Assembly: GCA_029883565.1 (NCBI GenBank)
Contig: JAOUJD010000001.1
Coordinates: 1-47,496, forward strand
Direction: 5' to 3'
Source: Burkholderiaceae bacterium
Lineage (GTDB): Bacteria; Pseudomonadota; Gammaproteobacteria; Burkholderiales; Burkholderiaceae_F
Length of the DNA: 47,496 nucleotides
Shown here piece after piece: positions 26,827-37,285 of the stretch. Position 1 is the stretch's first letter. Every line of letters begins with the position of its first letter. The notes below the pieces were generated by a model that was given only the letters and a program-made list of their open reading frames with translations, had not been told where the DNA came from and made no database searches. The position numbers were made by a program, and so were the translations under genes.

Positions 26827-28097
26827 AGGTTCTCGTGATCGGCGGCGGCGGACGGGAGCACGCGCTGGCGTGGCAGCTGGCGCGTTCGCCGCGCGTGCAG
26901 ATGGTCTACGTCGCGCCGGGCAACGGCGGAACGGCGCGCAGCAAGCGCATGCGCAACGTGCCCTATGCGAGCAACGAGGCGCTGGCCGGGTTCGCCCGCA
27001 GCGAGGGAGTCGCCTTCACCGTCGTCGGTCCCGAGGCGCCGCTCGCCTCCGGCGTGGTCGATGTGTTCCGCGCGGCCGGGCTGCGCATCTTCGGCCCGAC
27101 GCGGTCCGCCGCGCAGCTCGAAAGCTCGAAGGACTATGCAAAGTCCTTCATGCAGCGCCACGGCATTCCGACGGCGGGGTACCGCACCTTCACGGACGCC
27201 ACCGCCGCGCGCGCCTACGTAGCCGAACGGGGCGCGCCCATCGTGATCAAGGCCGACGGCCTGGCGGCCGGCAAGGGCGTGGTGGTTGCGCAGACTGCCG
27301 GGGAAGCAAACGCGGCGATCGACGCGATGCTGCTCGACAACCGGCTCGGCTCGAGCGGCGCGCGCGTGGTCATCGAGGATTTCCTCGATGGCGAGGAAGC
27401 GAGCTTCATCGTGATGAGCGACGGCCGCCACGCCCTGGCGCTGGCGACCAGCCAGGACCACAAGCGCCTGCTCGACGGCGACCAGGGACCGAACACCGGC
27501 GGCATGGGCGCCTACTCCCCGGCGCCGGTCGTGACTCCCACGCTCCACGCCAAGGTGATGCGGGAAATCATCATGCCGACGATCCAGGGCATGGCCGCCG
27601 ATGGCATCCCCTACTCGGGCTTCCTCTATGCGGGCCTGATGATCGGCAAGGACGGCGAGCCGCGCACCCTCGAGTTCAACTGCCGCCTTGGCGACCCGGA
27701 AACCCAGCCGATCATGATGCGACTGAAGAGCGACCTTGCGCAGCTCATCGAGGCGGCGATCGACGCGCGGCTGGACCGCGCCGAGGCGCAGTGGGACCGG
27801 CGCACTGCGCTCGGCGTCGTCGTGGCGGCGCATGGCTATCCCGACGCGCCGCGCCGGGGTGACCTCATCACGCGCCTGCCGGCCGACACCGACGACTGCG
27901 TCACCTTCCATGCCGGCACTGCGCTCGACGACGCCCGGTTGACTGTGACCGGAGGCCGGGTGCTGTGCGTCACCGCGCTGGGCGACTCCGTGCGTGCCGC
28001 ACAGAAGCTCGCGTACCACGCGGTCGAACAGGTGGAGTTCTCCGGCGCCCAGTTCCGCCGCGACATCGGTTACCGCGCGCTCAGGAAGCACGACTGA
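26823..28097 (+). CDS. purD: Phosphoribosylamine--glycine ligase
   Basis: It matches the PurD ATP-grasp fold: [42 protein letters not shown] and [12 protein letters not shown]. The ATGA overlaps the yebC stop. Confidence 0.97.
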   Translation: MKVLVIGGGGREHALAWQLARSPRVQMVYVAPGNGGTARSKRMRNVPYASNEALAGFARSEGVAFTVVGPEAPLASGVVDVFRAAGLRIFGPTRSAAQLESSKDYAKSFMQRHGIPTAGYRTFTDATAARAYVAERGAPIVIKADGLAAGKGVVVAQTAGEANAAIDAMLLDNRLGSSGARVVIEDFLDGEEASFIVMSDGRHALALATSQDHKRLLDGDQGPNTGGMGAYSPAPVVTPTLHAKVMREIIMPTIQGMAADGIPYSGFLYAGLMIGKDGEPRTLEFNCRLGDPETQPIMMRLKSDLAQLIEAAIDARLDRAEAQWDRRTALGVVVAAHGYPDAPRRGDLITRLPADTDDCVTFHAGTALDDARLTVTGGRVLCVTALGDSVRAAQKLAYHAVEQVEFSGAQFRRDIGYRALRKHD

Positions 28098-28199
28098 GCC
28101 AAGGCCGGGCGCGGACCCGGCCGCGGTTGGCCGCCGCCCAGGCGAAACGGACAGCGGCATGGAGCACAATGCGGCCCTTTGCCGGCCGGTTGGGGAGAC

Positions 28200-30188
28200 A
28201 TGGACGCCAGATTCACCGTCGAGCAGCACATCGCCCTGAAGCGCGTGTCGGCGGTCGCGCCCGCGCCGGACGGCAGCTGGCTCGCCGTGAGCGTCCAGCG
28301 CCTGGACCGCGAGGGCGTCAAATTCGCGTCCGACCTGTGGAAGGTGCCGACTGACGGCGGTCCGCCTGTCCAGCTGACGCGGGGCGACAGCAAGGACAGC
28401 GCGCCGGCCTTTCGCCGCGACGGCGCGCTCGGTTTCCTTTCCAACCGCCAGCCGAACGAGGTGAAACCCGACGAGGACGCCGACAAGCGCATGCAGGTGT
28501 GGCTGCTGCCCGCCGGAGGCGGCGAACCGCAACAGCTCACCGACGAGCCGCTCGGTGTGGAAGCGTTCCGCTTCGCCCGCGATGCCGACCGCCTCGTTCT
28601 GCTTGCTCCCGTCCTGCACGACGTGGAGGCCGGCAAGCAACGCGAAGTGGAAGCCGAGCGACGCAAGAAGGGCACGAGCGCCCGCAGGTACACGCGCCAG
28701 CCGGTGCGCCACTGGGACCACTGGCTGCACGAGAGCGCGGACCGGCCTGACACGCACGTGATCGCCTACGCGTCCGACGGTACGGCGCGCCGCGACCTGA
28801 CGCCGCAGGCGCGCCGCGAACTGTCGATCGAGCCCGCATTCGACGTGGCGCGCGACGGCAGGCAGGTCGCCGTCACCTGGCAGACCCCGGGCGCGGACCG
28901 CGAGCTGGATACGTCGATCCTGCTGATCGACGTCGACTCCGGCGCAAGCCGCCTGCTCGGAGCCGAACCCGTCACGAACACAGAGGCGCCGCTGTTCGCG
29001 CCGGATGGCGCCTCCATCGCCGTCATCCGCAGCGCCCGCTCGGCCGCGCAGGTGATGCGGCCCACGCTGTCGCTGATCGATACGGCAAGCGGGGCCGTCC
29101 GGCCGCTCGCCACCGAGTTCGACGCCTGGCCGCTCATCGGCGACTGGAGCGCGGACGGACAGCAGCTCTACATCACGGCCGACCTCGCCGGGCACGTCCC
29201 CGTGTTTTCGGTCCAGGTCGCGTCAGGCCGGGTCGAACGGATCACCGCGAAGCGCAGCGCGGGCGCTCATTCCGACCTGCACACGCTCGCCGACGGACGC
29301 GTCGCCGGCGTGCGCTCGACGTTCCTCGCGCCGCCGGAGGCGTTCGTCGTGCAGCCGCATCCGGAGTCACCGCCGCAGACCCTGGCCCGCCTGTCCGGCC
29401 TCGCCCTGCCCGACTGGGTCGAAGTCGAGAGCCACACGGCCAGGTCGACCGACGGCGCCGAGGTGCAGTACTTCGTCACCAGACCGAAGACGGAGGGGCC
29501 GCACCCGGTGCTGCTGTGGATCCATGGCGGACCGATCGGCATGACAGCCGACGCCTGGCACTGGCGCTGGAATCCGCTGCTCGCCGTGGCTCAGGGTTAC
29601 ACCGTCGTGCAGCCGAACCCGCGCGGCTCGACCGGCTTCGGCCAGCCGTTCGTGCAGGGCATCTGGGGCAATGTGTGGGGCGACCAGTGCTACCAGGACC
29701 TGATGGCCGTGGCGGATGCCATCGAGCGCAGGCCTGACGTGGACCGCACCCGCATCATGGCCATGGGCGGCAGCTTCGGCGGCTACATGACCAACTGGAT
29801 CGGCACGCAGACGCAGCGCTTCCGCTGCCTGATCACGCACGCCTGCGTTGCAACGATGGCGCAGTTCACCGGCACGACCGATCACCCGGCGTGGTGGTAC
29901 CTGGAGATGGGTGGCGAGGATCCCTACGCCGATCCGGTGAAGTTCGACCGCTACGCGCCGATCCGCCACGTCAAGCAGTGGAAGACGCCGGCGCTCATCA
30001 TCCACGGCGAGCAGGACTACCGCTGCCCGATCAACGAGGGCCTGAACCTGTTCGAGGCGCTTCAGTACCACGGCGTGCCCTCGGAACTGCTGATCTTCCC
30101 GGACGAGAACCACTGGATTCTCAAGCCGCGCAACGTCGTCGCCTGGTACGAGGCGGTCCTCGAGTTCCTCGGACGCCACATGAAATGA
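28200..30188 (+). CDS. S9 family serine peptidase (prolyl oligopeptidase / dipeptidyl aminopeptidase-like)
   Basis: The N-terminal part is beta-propeller-like. The C-terminal catalytic domain has GGSFGGYM (Ser), [11 protein letters not shown] (Asp) and PDENHW (His). The ATG at 28200 is preceded by GGGGAG. Confidence 0.85.
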   Translation: MDARFTVEQHIALKRVSAVAPAPDGSWLAVSVQRLDREGVKFASDLWKVPTDGGPPVQLTRGDSKDSAPAFRRDGALGFLSNRQPNEVKPDEDADKRMQVWLLPAGGGEPQQLTDEPLGVEAFRFARDADRLVLLAPVLHDVEAGKQREVEAERRKKGTSARRYTRQPVRHWDHWLHESADRPDTHVIAYASDGTARRDLTPQARRELSIEPAFDVARDGRQVAVTWQTPGADRELDTSILLIDVDSGASRLLGAEPVTNTEAPLFAPDGASIAVIRSARSAAQVMRPTLSLIDTASGAVRPLATEFDAWPLIGDWSADGQQLYITADLAGHVPVFSVQVASGRVERITAKRSAGAHSDLHTLADGRVAGVRSTFLAPPEAFVVQPHPESPPQTLARLSGLALPDWVEVESHTARSTDGAEVQYFVTRPKTEGPHPVLLWIHGGPIGMTADAWHWRWNPLLAVAQGYTVVQPNPRGSTGFGQPFVQGIWGNVWGDQCYQDLMAVADAIERRPDVDRTRIMAMGGSFGGYMTNWIGTQTQRFRCLITHACVATMAQFTGTTDHPAWWYLEMGGEDPYADPVKFDRYAPIRHVKQWKTPALIIHGEQDYRCPINEGLNLFEALQYHGVPSELLIFPDENHWILKPRNVVAWYEAVLEFLGRHMK

Positions 30189-31105
30189 AGGAGTTCGTCG
30201 ACGGCCAGGCCGTGCGCGAGTATCTCGTCGGCCTGCAACAGCGCATCGTCTCGACCTTCGAGAATCTCGACGGCCTGCAGTTTCGCGCGGACCACTGGGA
30301 GAAGCCGGCCGACGCTCCGCTCGGGGGCGGCGGGCTCACGCGCATCATCGAGGACGGCAACCTGCTGGAGCGCGGAGGTGTCGGCTTCTCGCACGTGGTC
30401 GGCAGGAAACTGCCTCCTTCGGCCTCGGCCCATCGGCCCGAACTCGCCGGGCGCGGCTTCGAGGCCATGGGCGTCTCGCTCGTGTTCCACCCGCGCAACC
30501 CGCACGTGCCCACCGTGCACATGAACGTGCGCATGTTCCTCGCGCGCGCCGAAGGCGAGGACGACGTCTTCTGGTTCGGCGGCGGCATGGACCTCACGCC
30601 GTACTACGCGACGGCCGAGGATGCGCGTCACTTCCACGCGACCTGCCGCAACGCCCTGGCGCCGTTCGGCGAGGACAAGCACCCGCGGTTCAAGAAGTGG
30701 TGCGACGAGTATTTCTTCCTCAAGCACCGGAACGAGCCGCGCGGCATCGGCGGCGTGTTCTTCGACGATTTCAGCGAGCTCGGGTTCGAGCGGAGCTTCG
30801 CGATGATGCGCGCCGTCGGCGATGCCTTCCTCGATGCCTACGTCCCCATCGTGGAGCGGCGCCGGCACGCTTCGTACGGGGAGCGCGAGCGGACGTTCCA
30901 GGCGGTACGGCGCGGCCGCTACGTGGAGTTCAACCTCGTGTACGACCGCGGCACGCTGTTCGGCCTGCAGTCGGGCGGACGCACCGAATCGATCCTGATG
31001 TCGCTGCCGCCGGTGGTGAACTGGAAATACGACTGGCACCCCGAGCCGGGATCGCCCGAGGCGAAGCTGTACACCGACTTCCTGCCGCCGCGCGACTGGA
31101 CGTGA
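30185..31105 (+). CDS. hemF: Oxygen-dependent coproporphyrinogen III oxidase
   Basis: HemF motifs are present: [39 protein letters not shown] and SLPP. The ATGA overlaps the S9 peptidase stop. Confidence 0.95.
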   Translation: MKEFVDGQAVREYLVGLQQRIVSTFENLDGLQFRADHWEKPADAPLGGGGLTRIIEDGNLLERGGVGFSHVVGRKLPPSASAHRPELAGRGFEAMGVSLVFHPRNPHVPTVHMNVRMFLARAEGEDDVFWFGGGMDLTPYYATAEDARHFHATCRNALAPFGEDKHPRFKKWCDEYFFLKHRNEPRGIGGVFFDDFSELGFERSFAMMRAVGDAFLDAYVPIVERRRHASYGERERTFQAVRRGRYVEFNLVYDRGTLFGLQSGGRTESILMSLPPVVNWKYDWHPEPGSPEAKLYTDFLPPRDWT

Positions 31106-31106
31106 G

Positions 31107-31751
31107 ATGCGGGTGATCGGCCTGCTCGGGGGCAGCTTCGATCCGGTCCACGCGGGGCACCTCCAACTGGCGCGCGATGCGCTCGCCCACCTCCCGCTGT
31201 CGGAAGTCCGCTTCATGCCGGCCGCGCGGCCATGGCAGAAGGGCGAGCTCACGGCAGCAGCGCACCGCGCGCACATGATCGAACTGGCGATCGCCGGCGA
31301 ACCCGGATGCGTGCTGGACATGCACGAGATCGAGCGGGGCGGCACCACGTACACGATCGACACGCTGCGGGCTCTGCGCTCCGGTCCGGACCGCGATGCC
31401 GCTCTCGCACTGATCATGGGCTCGGACCAGTTCGCGCGGTTCGACACGTGGCGCGACTGGCGCGGCATCCTCGAACTGGCGCACCTTGCGGTCGCGCGGC
31501 GCGCCGGCGCACCGGCCGTCCTCAGCCCGACCCTGGCCGAAGCCAACGAACGGCACCGCTGCGCGCCGCAGGACCTGGCACGTCGCCCGGCCGGCGGCAT
31601 CGCCGAATTCCCGATGACGCCGGTGGAAGCGTCCGCCACCGAAGCGCGGAGGCTGGTGCGCGACGCCTCGGCCGAGGCCGCGAGCCGGCTGGCCCGATTC
31701 GTGCCATCGGCCGTGCTCGACTATATTCGTGCGCATCGCCTGTACGCCTGA
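31107..31751 (+). CDS. nadD: Nicotinate-nucleotide adenylyltransferase
   Basis: The GGSFDPVHAGHL (HxGH) motif is present, along with ISATEARR-like (ASATEARR). Confidence 0.9.
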   Translation: MRVIGLLGGSFDPVHAGHLQLARDALAHLPLSEVRFMPAARPWQKGELTAAAHRAHMIELAIAGEPGCVLDMHEIERGGTTYTIDTLRALRSGPDRDAALALIMGSDQFARFDTWRDWRGILELAHLAVARRAGAPAVLSPTLAEANERHRCAPQDLARRPAGGIAEFPMTPVEASATEARRLVRDASAEAASRLARFVPSAVLDYIRAHRLYA

Positions 31752-31755
31752 CCCA

Positions 31756-32160
31756 ATGGACCTGCGCAAACTGCAACGAGTGATCGTCGACGCCCTGGAG
31801 GATGTCAAGGGCCAGGACATCAAGGTATTCAACACCACGCACCTGTCCGACATGTTCGAGCGTGTGATCGTCGCCAGCGGGACGTCGAACCGCCAGACGC
31901 GTGCGCTCGCCTCCTCGGTCGTGGAAAAGGTCAAGGCGGCGGGGGGCGACATCGTCAGCGTGGAGGGGGAGGACAGCGGCGAGTGGGTGCTCGTCGACTG
32001 CGGAGAGGCCGTCGTGCACGTCCTGCAACCGGCCTTCCGCGCCTACTACAACCTGGAGGAGATCTGGGGCGGGAAACCGGTGCGCATGAAATCGAGCGTG
32101 CCGGCGCCGACGGCGGCGAAGTCGCCGCGCAAGAACGCGGTCCGGCGCCGTGCCGCCTAG
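31756..32160 (+). CDS. rsfS: Ribosome silencing factor RsfS
   Basis: MDLRKLQRVIVDALEDVKGQDIKVFN...FERVIVASGTSNRQTRALA is RsfS-like, and the gene follows nadD as usual. Confidence 0.9.
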   Translation: MDLRKLQRVIVDALEDVKGQDIKVFNTTHLSDMFERVIVASGTSNRQTRALASSVVEKVKAAGGDIVSVEGEDSGEWVLVDCGEAVVHVLQPAFRAYYNLEEIWGGKPVRMKSSVPAPTAAKSPRKNAVRRRAA

Positions 32161-32210
32161 CGCGCGTTCCACCCGCTGCGTGGGGCCCGACTTGAACGCG
32201 CGCGCGCTAG
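32158..32210. repeat. Long-stem inverted repeat immediately after rsfS
   Basis: TAGCGCGCGTTC (32158-32169) pairs with GAACGCGCGCGCGCTA (32194-32209) around a loop of about 24 nt that has its own CCAC/GTGG pairing. No T-tract follows. Confidence 0.4.
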
Positions 32211-32244
32211 CCCGTCAGTCGTATCCCGCCGCGCGGTCCCGCGG

Positions 32245-32721
32245 ATGAAAATCACCATCGTCGCCGTCGGCCAGCGCCAGCCGGCCTGGGCGCAGTCGGC
32301 GGTGGACGACTACCTGGGCCGTTTTCCGGCCGACTTCAAGGTGGAGATCAAGGAAGTGAAGGCGGAGGCGCGCAGTGGCAAGGGCAACGAACCGGTGCAG
32401 CGGCTGCTGGCGGCGGAAGCGGCGCGCATTCGCGCCGCGTCGCCGGCGGACGGCCTCGTCGTCGCACTGGACGAGCGCGGTGCCGACTGGACCACGCGGC
32501 AGCTCGCCACGACGCTCGGTCGTTGGCGCGACGACGGCGCCCACCCGGTCTTCGTCATCGGCGGGCCGGACGGGCTCGATGCCGGCATCAAGCAGGGCGC
32601 CCGCGCGCAGGTACGCCTGTCGAGCATGACCCTGCCGCATGCCCTCGCGCGCGTGCTGCTTGCGGAACAGATCTACCGGGCCTGGTCAATGCTGGCCCAT
32701 CACCCCTACCATCGCGCCTGA
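32245..32721 (+). CDS. rlmH: 23S rRNA (pseudouridine1915-N3)-methyltransferase RlmH
   Basis: This is a SPOUT-fold protein of about 158 aa (MKITIVAVGQ...FVIGGPDGL...LSSMTLPH), in the conserved position after rsfS. Confidence 0.92.
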   Translation: MKITIVAVGQRQPAWAQSAVDDYLGRFPADFKVEIKEVKAEARSGKGNEPVQRLLAAEAARIRAASPADGLVVALDERGADWTTRQLATTLGRWRDDGAHPVFVIGGPDGLDAGIKQGARAQVRLSSMTLPHALARVLLAEQIYRAWSMLAHHPYHRA

Positions 32722-33332
32722 TGCCCTCCTCGATCTATCTTGCCTCCCGCAGCCCGCGCCGCCGCGACCTGCTGAAGCAGCTCGGCGTCAAGTTCGATCC
32801 GCTGCTGCTGCGGCTGTCGGGCCCGCGCGGCGCCGACGTCGACGAAACGCAGCACGCGGGCGAGTCGCCGGCCGACTACGTCGAACGCACGGCGCGCGAG
32901 AAGGCGGCGTTCGGACTGCAGGTGCTCGGCATGCGCACGATGCTGCAAAGGCCGGTGCTCGCCGCCGACACGGTCGTGATCGTCGACGGCGATGTGCTGG
33001 GCAAGCCGGCCGACCGCGAGCAGGCGGCGGCGTTCCTGCGTCGGCTCTCCGGCCGCGTGCACGAGGTTCGCACCGCCGTGGCGCTCGCGATGGAGGGTCC
33101 GCTCATGTGCGAGACCTCGGTCTCTCTCGTCAGCTTCCGCGAACTGGCCGAGGACGAGATCCTGCGCTACTGCGCCACGCCCGAACCCTATGACAAGGCC
33201 GGCGGCTACGGCATCCAGGGCCTCGCGGCCCTGTTCATCGAGCGCATCGAGGGCAGCTACACCGGCGTGATGGGACTGCCGCTGTTCGAGACCGGCCGCA
33301 TGCTGACGCAGGCGGGGATCAAGATCCTGTAA
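32721..33332 (+). CDS. maf: Maf-like nucleoside triphosphate pyrophosphatase
   Basis: Maf-family motifs are present: IYLASRSPRRRDLLKQLG, ADTVV and DKAGGYGIQG. The start overlaps the rlmH stop (TGATG). Confidence 0.9.
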   Translation: MPSSIYLASRSPRRRDLLKQLGVKFDPLLLRLSGPRGADVDETQHAGESPADYVERTAREKAAFGLQVLGMRTMLQRPVLAADTVVIVDGDVLGKPADREQAAAFLRRLSGRVHEVRTAVALAMEGPLMCETSVSLVSFRELAEDEILRYCATPEPYDKAGGYGIQGLAALFIERIEGSYTGVMGLPLFETGRMLTQAGIKIL

Positions 33333-33402
33333 CGCCCCGCGGCATGCGAACGGCGTTGCCGATCGAACGTGCGGCGCGCCGCGCCGCGTACACTTTGCGC
33401 GA

Positions 33403-34860
33403 ATGGAAGACATCCTCATCAACATCACGCCGCAGGAGACGCGGGTGGCGGTGCTGCTGGCGGGCGTCGTGCAGGAGCTGCACGTCGAGCGCAGCACGAC
33501 GCGCGGACTGGTCGGCAACATCTACCTCGGCCGGGTGGCGCGCGTGCTGCCCGGCATGCAGTCCGCCTTCATCGACATCGGGCTGGAACGCGCCGCTTTC
33601 CTGCACGTCGCGGACATCTGGGAGTTTCGCCAGTTCACGCAGGAGAAGCCGCCTCCGATCGAACGCCTGATCCACGAGGGCGACACCGTGCTCGTGCAGG
33701 TCGTGAAGGATCCGATCGGCACCAAGGGCGCGCGCCTTTCGACCCAGGTAAGCCTGGCGGGCCGCATGCTCGTCTACCTGCCGCAGGACCCGCACATCGG
33801 GATCTCGCAGCGGATCGAGGACGAGTCGGAGCGCGCTCAGCTGCGCGAGATGCTGCAGCGGCTGGTGCCTGCCGGGGAAAAGGGCGGATACATCATCCGC
33901 ACCAGCGCCGAGGATGCGACCGAGCAGGATCTGGGCAACGACCTGCAGTATCTCGGCGCGCTGTGGGGACGGATCGTCGAACGCCGCGCGACGAGCACAT
34001 CGCCCGCGCTGCTCTACCAGGAACTGTCCCTCGCGCAGCGGATCCTGCGCGACGTCGCCACCGAGGAGACCACGACCATCCAGGTCGACTCGCGCGAGAA
34101 CTTCCAGAAACTGCAGCTGTTCGCCCGGCAGTTCGTGCCGCGCGTCGAGCCCAAGCTGGTCCACTACACGGGCGAGCGGCCGCTGTTCGACCTGTATTCG
34201 ATCGACGCCGAGATCGAGAAGGCGCTCGGGCGCCGCGTCGAGCTGAAGTCGGGCGGCTACCTGATCATCGACCAGACCGAGGCGATGACCACGGTCGACG
34301 TGAACACGGGCGGCTACGTCGGCACACGCAACTTCGACGACACGATCTTCAAGACCAACCTCGAGGCCGCGCAGGCGATCGCGCGGCAGCTGCGCCTGCG
34401 CAACCTCGGCGGCATCATCATCGTGGACTTCATCGACATGATGAACGGGGAGCATCAGGAAGCCGTTCTGTCCGAATTCAAGAAGGCGCTGTCACGGGAC
34501 CGCACGCGCATGACGGTCAGCGGCTTCACGCAGCTCGGCCTGGTCGAGATGACCCGCAAGCGCACCCGCGAATCGCTCGCGCACATCCTGTGCGAACCGT
34601 GCCCGATGTGCCAGGGCCGCGGCGAGGTGAAGACCGCGCGGACCGTCTGCTACGAAATCCTGCGCGAACTGCTCAGGGAGTCGCGGCTGTTCGACGAGAC
34701 CCGCGAATTCCGCATCCTCGCCGCGCAGAAGGTCATCGACCTCTTCCTGGAGGAGGAATCGCAGTCGCTGGCGATGCTGTCGGACTTCATCGCCAAGCCG
34801 GTCTCGATGCAGGTCGAGACGCTCTACAGCCAGGAGCAGTACGACATCGTCCTGATGTAG
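33403..34860 (+). CDS. rng: Ribonuclease G
   Basis: It has an S1 domain (GNIYLGRVARVLPGMQSAFIDIG) and an RNase E/G catalytic core (DVNTGGYVG, IIIVDFIDM). Confidence 0.93.
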   Translation: MEDILINITPQETRVAVLLAGVVQELHVERSTTRGLVGNIYLGRVARVLPGMQSAFIDIGLERAAFLHVADIWEFRQFTQEKPPPIERLIHEGDTVLVQVVKDPIGTKGARLSTQVSLAGRMLVYLPQDPHIGISQRIEDESERAQLREMLQRLVPAGEKGGYIIRTSAEDATEQDLGNDLQYLGALWGRIVERRATSTSPALLYQELSLAQRILRDVATEETTTIQVDSRENFQKLQLFARQFVPRVEPKLVHYTGERPLFDLYSIDAEIEKALGRRVELKSGGYLIIDQTEAMTTVDVNTGGYVGTRNFDDTIFKTNLEAAQAIARQLRLRNLGGIIIVDFIDMMNGEHQEAVLSEFKKALSRDRTRMTVSGFTQLGLVEMTRKRTRESLAHILCEPCPMCQGRGEVKTARTVCYEILRELLRESRLFDETREFRILAAQKVIDLFLEEESQSLAMLSDFIAKPVSMQVETLYSQEQYDIVLM

Positions 34861-34864
34861 GGCG

Positions 34865-35959
34865 TCAGCGCGGGCCTCCCAGCATCTGCACGGCCGCGTC
34901 GACCACGCGGCCGGCCGGGAGCTGGTCGAGGCAATCGGAATGACTGCCGCGATGCCGTTCGCAGCCCTCGAGCTGGCATGGCACGCACGCGAGGTCCGGG
35001 TTCTGCAGCAGCAGCACGTTGCCGCGGCGCTGCTGCGACTCCACGCGCCGATAGGCGGCACCGTCGCGCGCCGGCCACGGCCCCCAGATCGCCGGGTCGG
35101 TCGGCCCATAGAGCGTCACGGTCGGCGTTCCGCAGGCCGCGGCAAGGTGCGTGGTCGCCGTGTCCGGGCCCACGTAGAGCGATGCATGTCGAAGAAGATC
35201 GGCCGTCTGCGCGAGCGACAGGCGGCCGTCGAACCGCGCGTACCGGGTGGCCTCCACGCTTTGCAGCAGCGCATCCAGGTACTCGCGCTCGCCGGCGCCG
35301 GGTCCGCCGGTGACCACCACTCGCAGTTGCTGCGACCACAGGGCGCCGATCAGCGTGCGCCAGCCCTCGGCCGTCCATTGCTTGTAGCGCCAGCGCGGCG
35401 ATGGATGCAGCACCGCGAAGGGCTGTCCCGCCGGATCGAAACCGAGGGCAGCGCCCACTTCACGTGTGCCCCACCCGGCCGTCGGCGCGATCACCGAGGG
35501 GATCGTGTCGATCCCGAGCAGTTCGGCCACCCGCATGTTCTCCAGCACGCGCGCGCCGTTCGGGTCGACCATCGCGTGACGATCGAGCAATGCGCGCTTC
35601 CACCACGACTTGCCGGCTTCCCTCGACACCAGACCGACGCGGCGCCTTCCCGCGGCCCAGCAGAAGAGGAAAGGTCGCGTCCCGGTCTGCCCCATCAACG
35701 CCAGGTCGTACTTCTTCCACAGCGCGACCACCCGCCGCAGGGTGTCCGACTTGTTCTCCCGCTCCGGCACCGCGATCACGCGCGCAACATCGCGGTTGCC
35801 TTCGAACACGCCTTCCGTCCCGGCGAACACCAGCACGTCGACGGCGCACTCCGGGTAGCGCTGCTTCAGCGCGTGCACCAGCGGCGTCGACAGCAGGGCG
35901 TCGCCAAGGTAACGCAATGTGACGACCAGCGCACTGCGCGGCGGTTCAATTTGCCTCAT
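34865..35959 (-). CDS. Glycosyltransferase family 9 (LPS heptosyltransferase, WaaQ/heptosyltransferase III-like)
   Basis: The GT9 N-terminus is VVTLRYLGDALLSTPLVHALKQRYPE and the C-terminal half reads GPDTATTHLAAACGTPTVTLYGPT. A C-terminal Cys cluster reads CVPCQLEGC...C. I chose the ATG at 35959. Confidence 0.8.
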   Translation of the reverse strand: MRQIEPPRSALVVTLRYLGDALLSTPLVHALKQRYPECAVDVLVFAGTEGVFEGNRDVARVIAVPERENKSDTLRRVVALWKKYDLALMGQTGTRPFLFCWAAGRRRVGLVSREAGKSWWKRALLDRHAMVDPNGARVLENMRVAELLGIDTIPSVIAPTAGWGTREVGAALGFDPAGQPFAVLHPSPRWRYKQWTAEGWRTLIGALWSQQLRVVVTGGPGAGEREYLDALLQSVEATRYARFDGRLSLAQTADLLRHASLYVGPDTATTHLAAACGTPTVTLYGPTDPAIWGPWPARDGAAYRRVESQQRRGNVLLLQNPDLACVPCQLEGCERHRGSHSDCLDQLPAGRVVDAAVQMLGGPR

Positions 35960-36004
35960 GAAGACACCACTTCGTCGTCGATGTCGAGCACCACGCGGCA
36001 AACG

Positions 36005-37261
36005 TCATGCTGGCGGCGGCCTGCGGCCGTCGTCGAGGCCCGTCACGGGGCGCGCCAGCATCGCACCGAGGAAGAACGCGAGCAGATGGCCCTCGGAAAA
36101 CGTCTTGAAGTGCGAACTCAGCAGGGAAGTTGCGCACCACGCCAGCAGCATGCCGACCGCAACGACCCGCGCCCGGGTGCCGTCGCCGCGGTCCGCCAGT
36201 GCGGCCAGCAGGAACGCGAGGAAGGCGGCAAGGCCGAAGATGCCCTGCTCGGCGAGCAAGAACAGGTACTGATTGTGCGGATCCACCGTCGGCAACACCC
36301 GCCAGTCCGTGTACTTGCCCTTCACATGCGCGGCATAGGCCGCACCGAACCCCCCGGTGCCGGTTCCCAGCCAGGGCTGCTCGCGCACGATCTCGAGCGT
36401 GTTCTCGTAAAGCACGGCGCGAATGCCCAGTGATGTCGGCTCCGCGAGCGTCGCGGCGTTCTGCCATTCGTTCATCGCCGAGGCGAGCCGATCGCGCGTC
36501 AGAGGCGACAGCGCCATGGCGCCCGCCAGCAGGGCGGCGAGGACGGCGGCCGCGATCGCGCTGCGCCGGTCGCGAAGGTTCAGCGCCGCCAGCACGACCA
36601 GCATGACCGCCAGCGCCAGGAATCCGCTGCGGCCGGGCGTGACGAAAGCCATGTTCAGCACGAACAGCGCCGCGAAGCCTCCGCCGAGCCAGCGCCAGCG
36701 GCGTGACAGTCCCGGATCGGTCACCAGCCAGAGCGCGAGAAAGGCGGATGCCCCGAAGAACATCGACTGGGCACTGTGGTTGCGCAGCATCGAGCCTGCC
36801 AGGTCCCCGACCGTTGTCGGCAGCCGCCCGGTGACGGCAACGATGCCGAACGAGACCAGCACCGCCACGCCACACGTGGCGACATAGGCGATGACGAAGC
36901 GACGCTTCCACGCAAGCGGCCCGAACAGCGCCAGCGCGATCGGAATCATCCACGGCTTGCGCCAGGACCAGAACGAATTGGCACGCTCGACCCAGGGGAC
37001 GTCGGCCCACAGCATCGCGATGGCGATGACGCCAACCAGCACGAGCGTGGCCAGGCCAAGCGGCTGGCTGCACGCCTGCCGCAAGCGCGGCAGCGCCTGC
37101 CCGCTCGCCAGCAGACCAATCAGCATCAGTGCCATCGCCGCGTTCGCCAGGGGAGGCGAAATCATCACGGCGCACGCCGCGACGATCGTCGACCAGCGCG
37201 CGAGGTCGATCCAGCGCGAGCTTGGCACGCTGTGCTCGGCGTCCTGGAACACAGGGCTCAC
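36005..37261 (-). CDS. O-antigen ligase family (Wzy_C/WaaL-like) polytopic membrane protein
   Basis: It has about 11-12 hydrophobic helices with a periplasmic loop in the C-terminal third, which is the typical WaaL topology. It uses a GTG start and sits in an LPS gene context. Confidence 0.7.
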   Translation of the reverse strand: MSPVFQDAEHSVPSSRWIDLARWSTIVAACAVMISPPLANAAMALMLIGLLASGQALPRLRQACSQPLGLATLVLVGVIAIAMLWADVPWVERANSFWSWRKPWMIPIALALFGPLAWKRRFVIAYVATCGVAVLVSFGIVAVTGRLPTTVGDLAGSMLRNHSAQSMFFGASAFLALWLVTDPGLSRRWRWLGGGFAALFVLNMAFVTPGRSGFLALAVMLVVLAALNLRDRRSAIAAAVLAALLAGAMALSPLTRDRLASAMNEWQNAATLAEPTSLGIRAVLYENTLEIVREQPWLGTGTGGFGAAYAAHVKGKYTDWRVLPTVDPHNQYLFLLAEQGIFGLAAFLAFLLAALADRGDGTRARVVAVGMLLAWCATSLLSSHFKTFSEGHLLAFFLGAMLARPVTGLDDGRRPPPA

Positions 37262-37285
37262 GGTGTCTCGCTCGGTTGGTCCATC

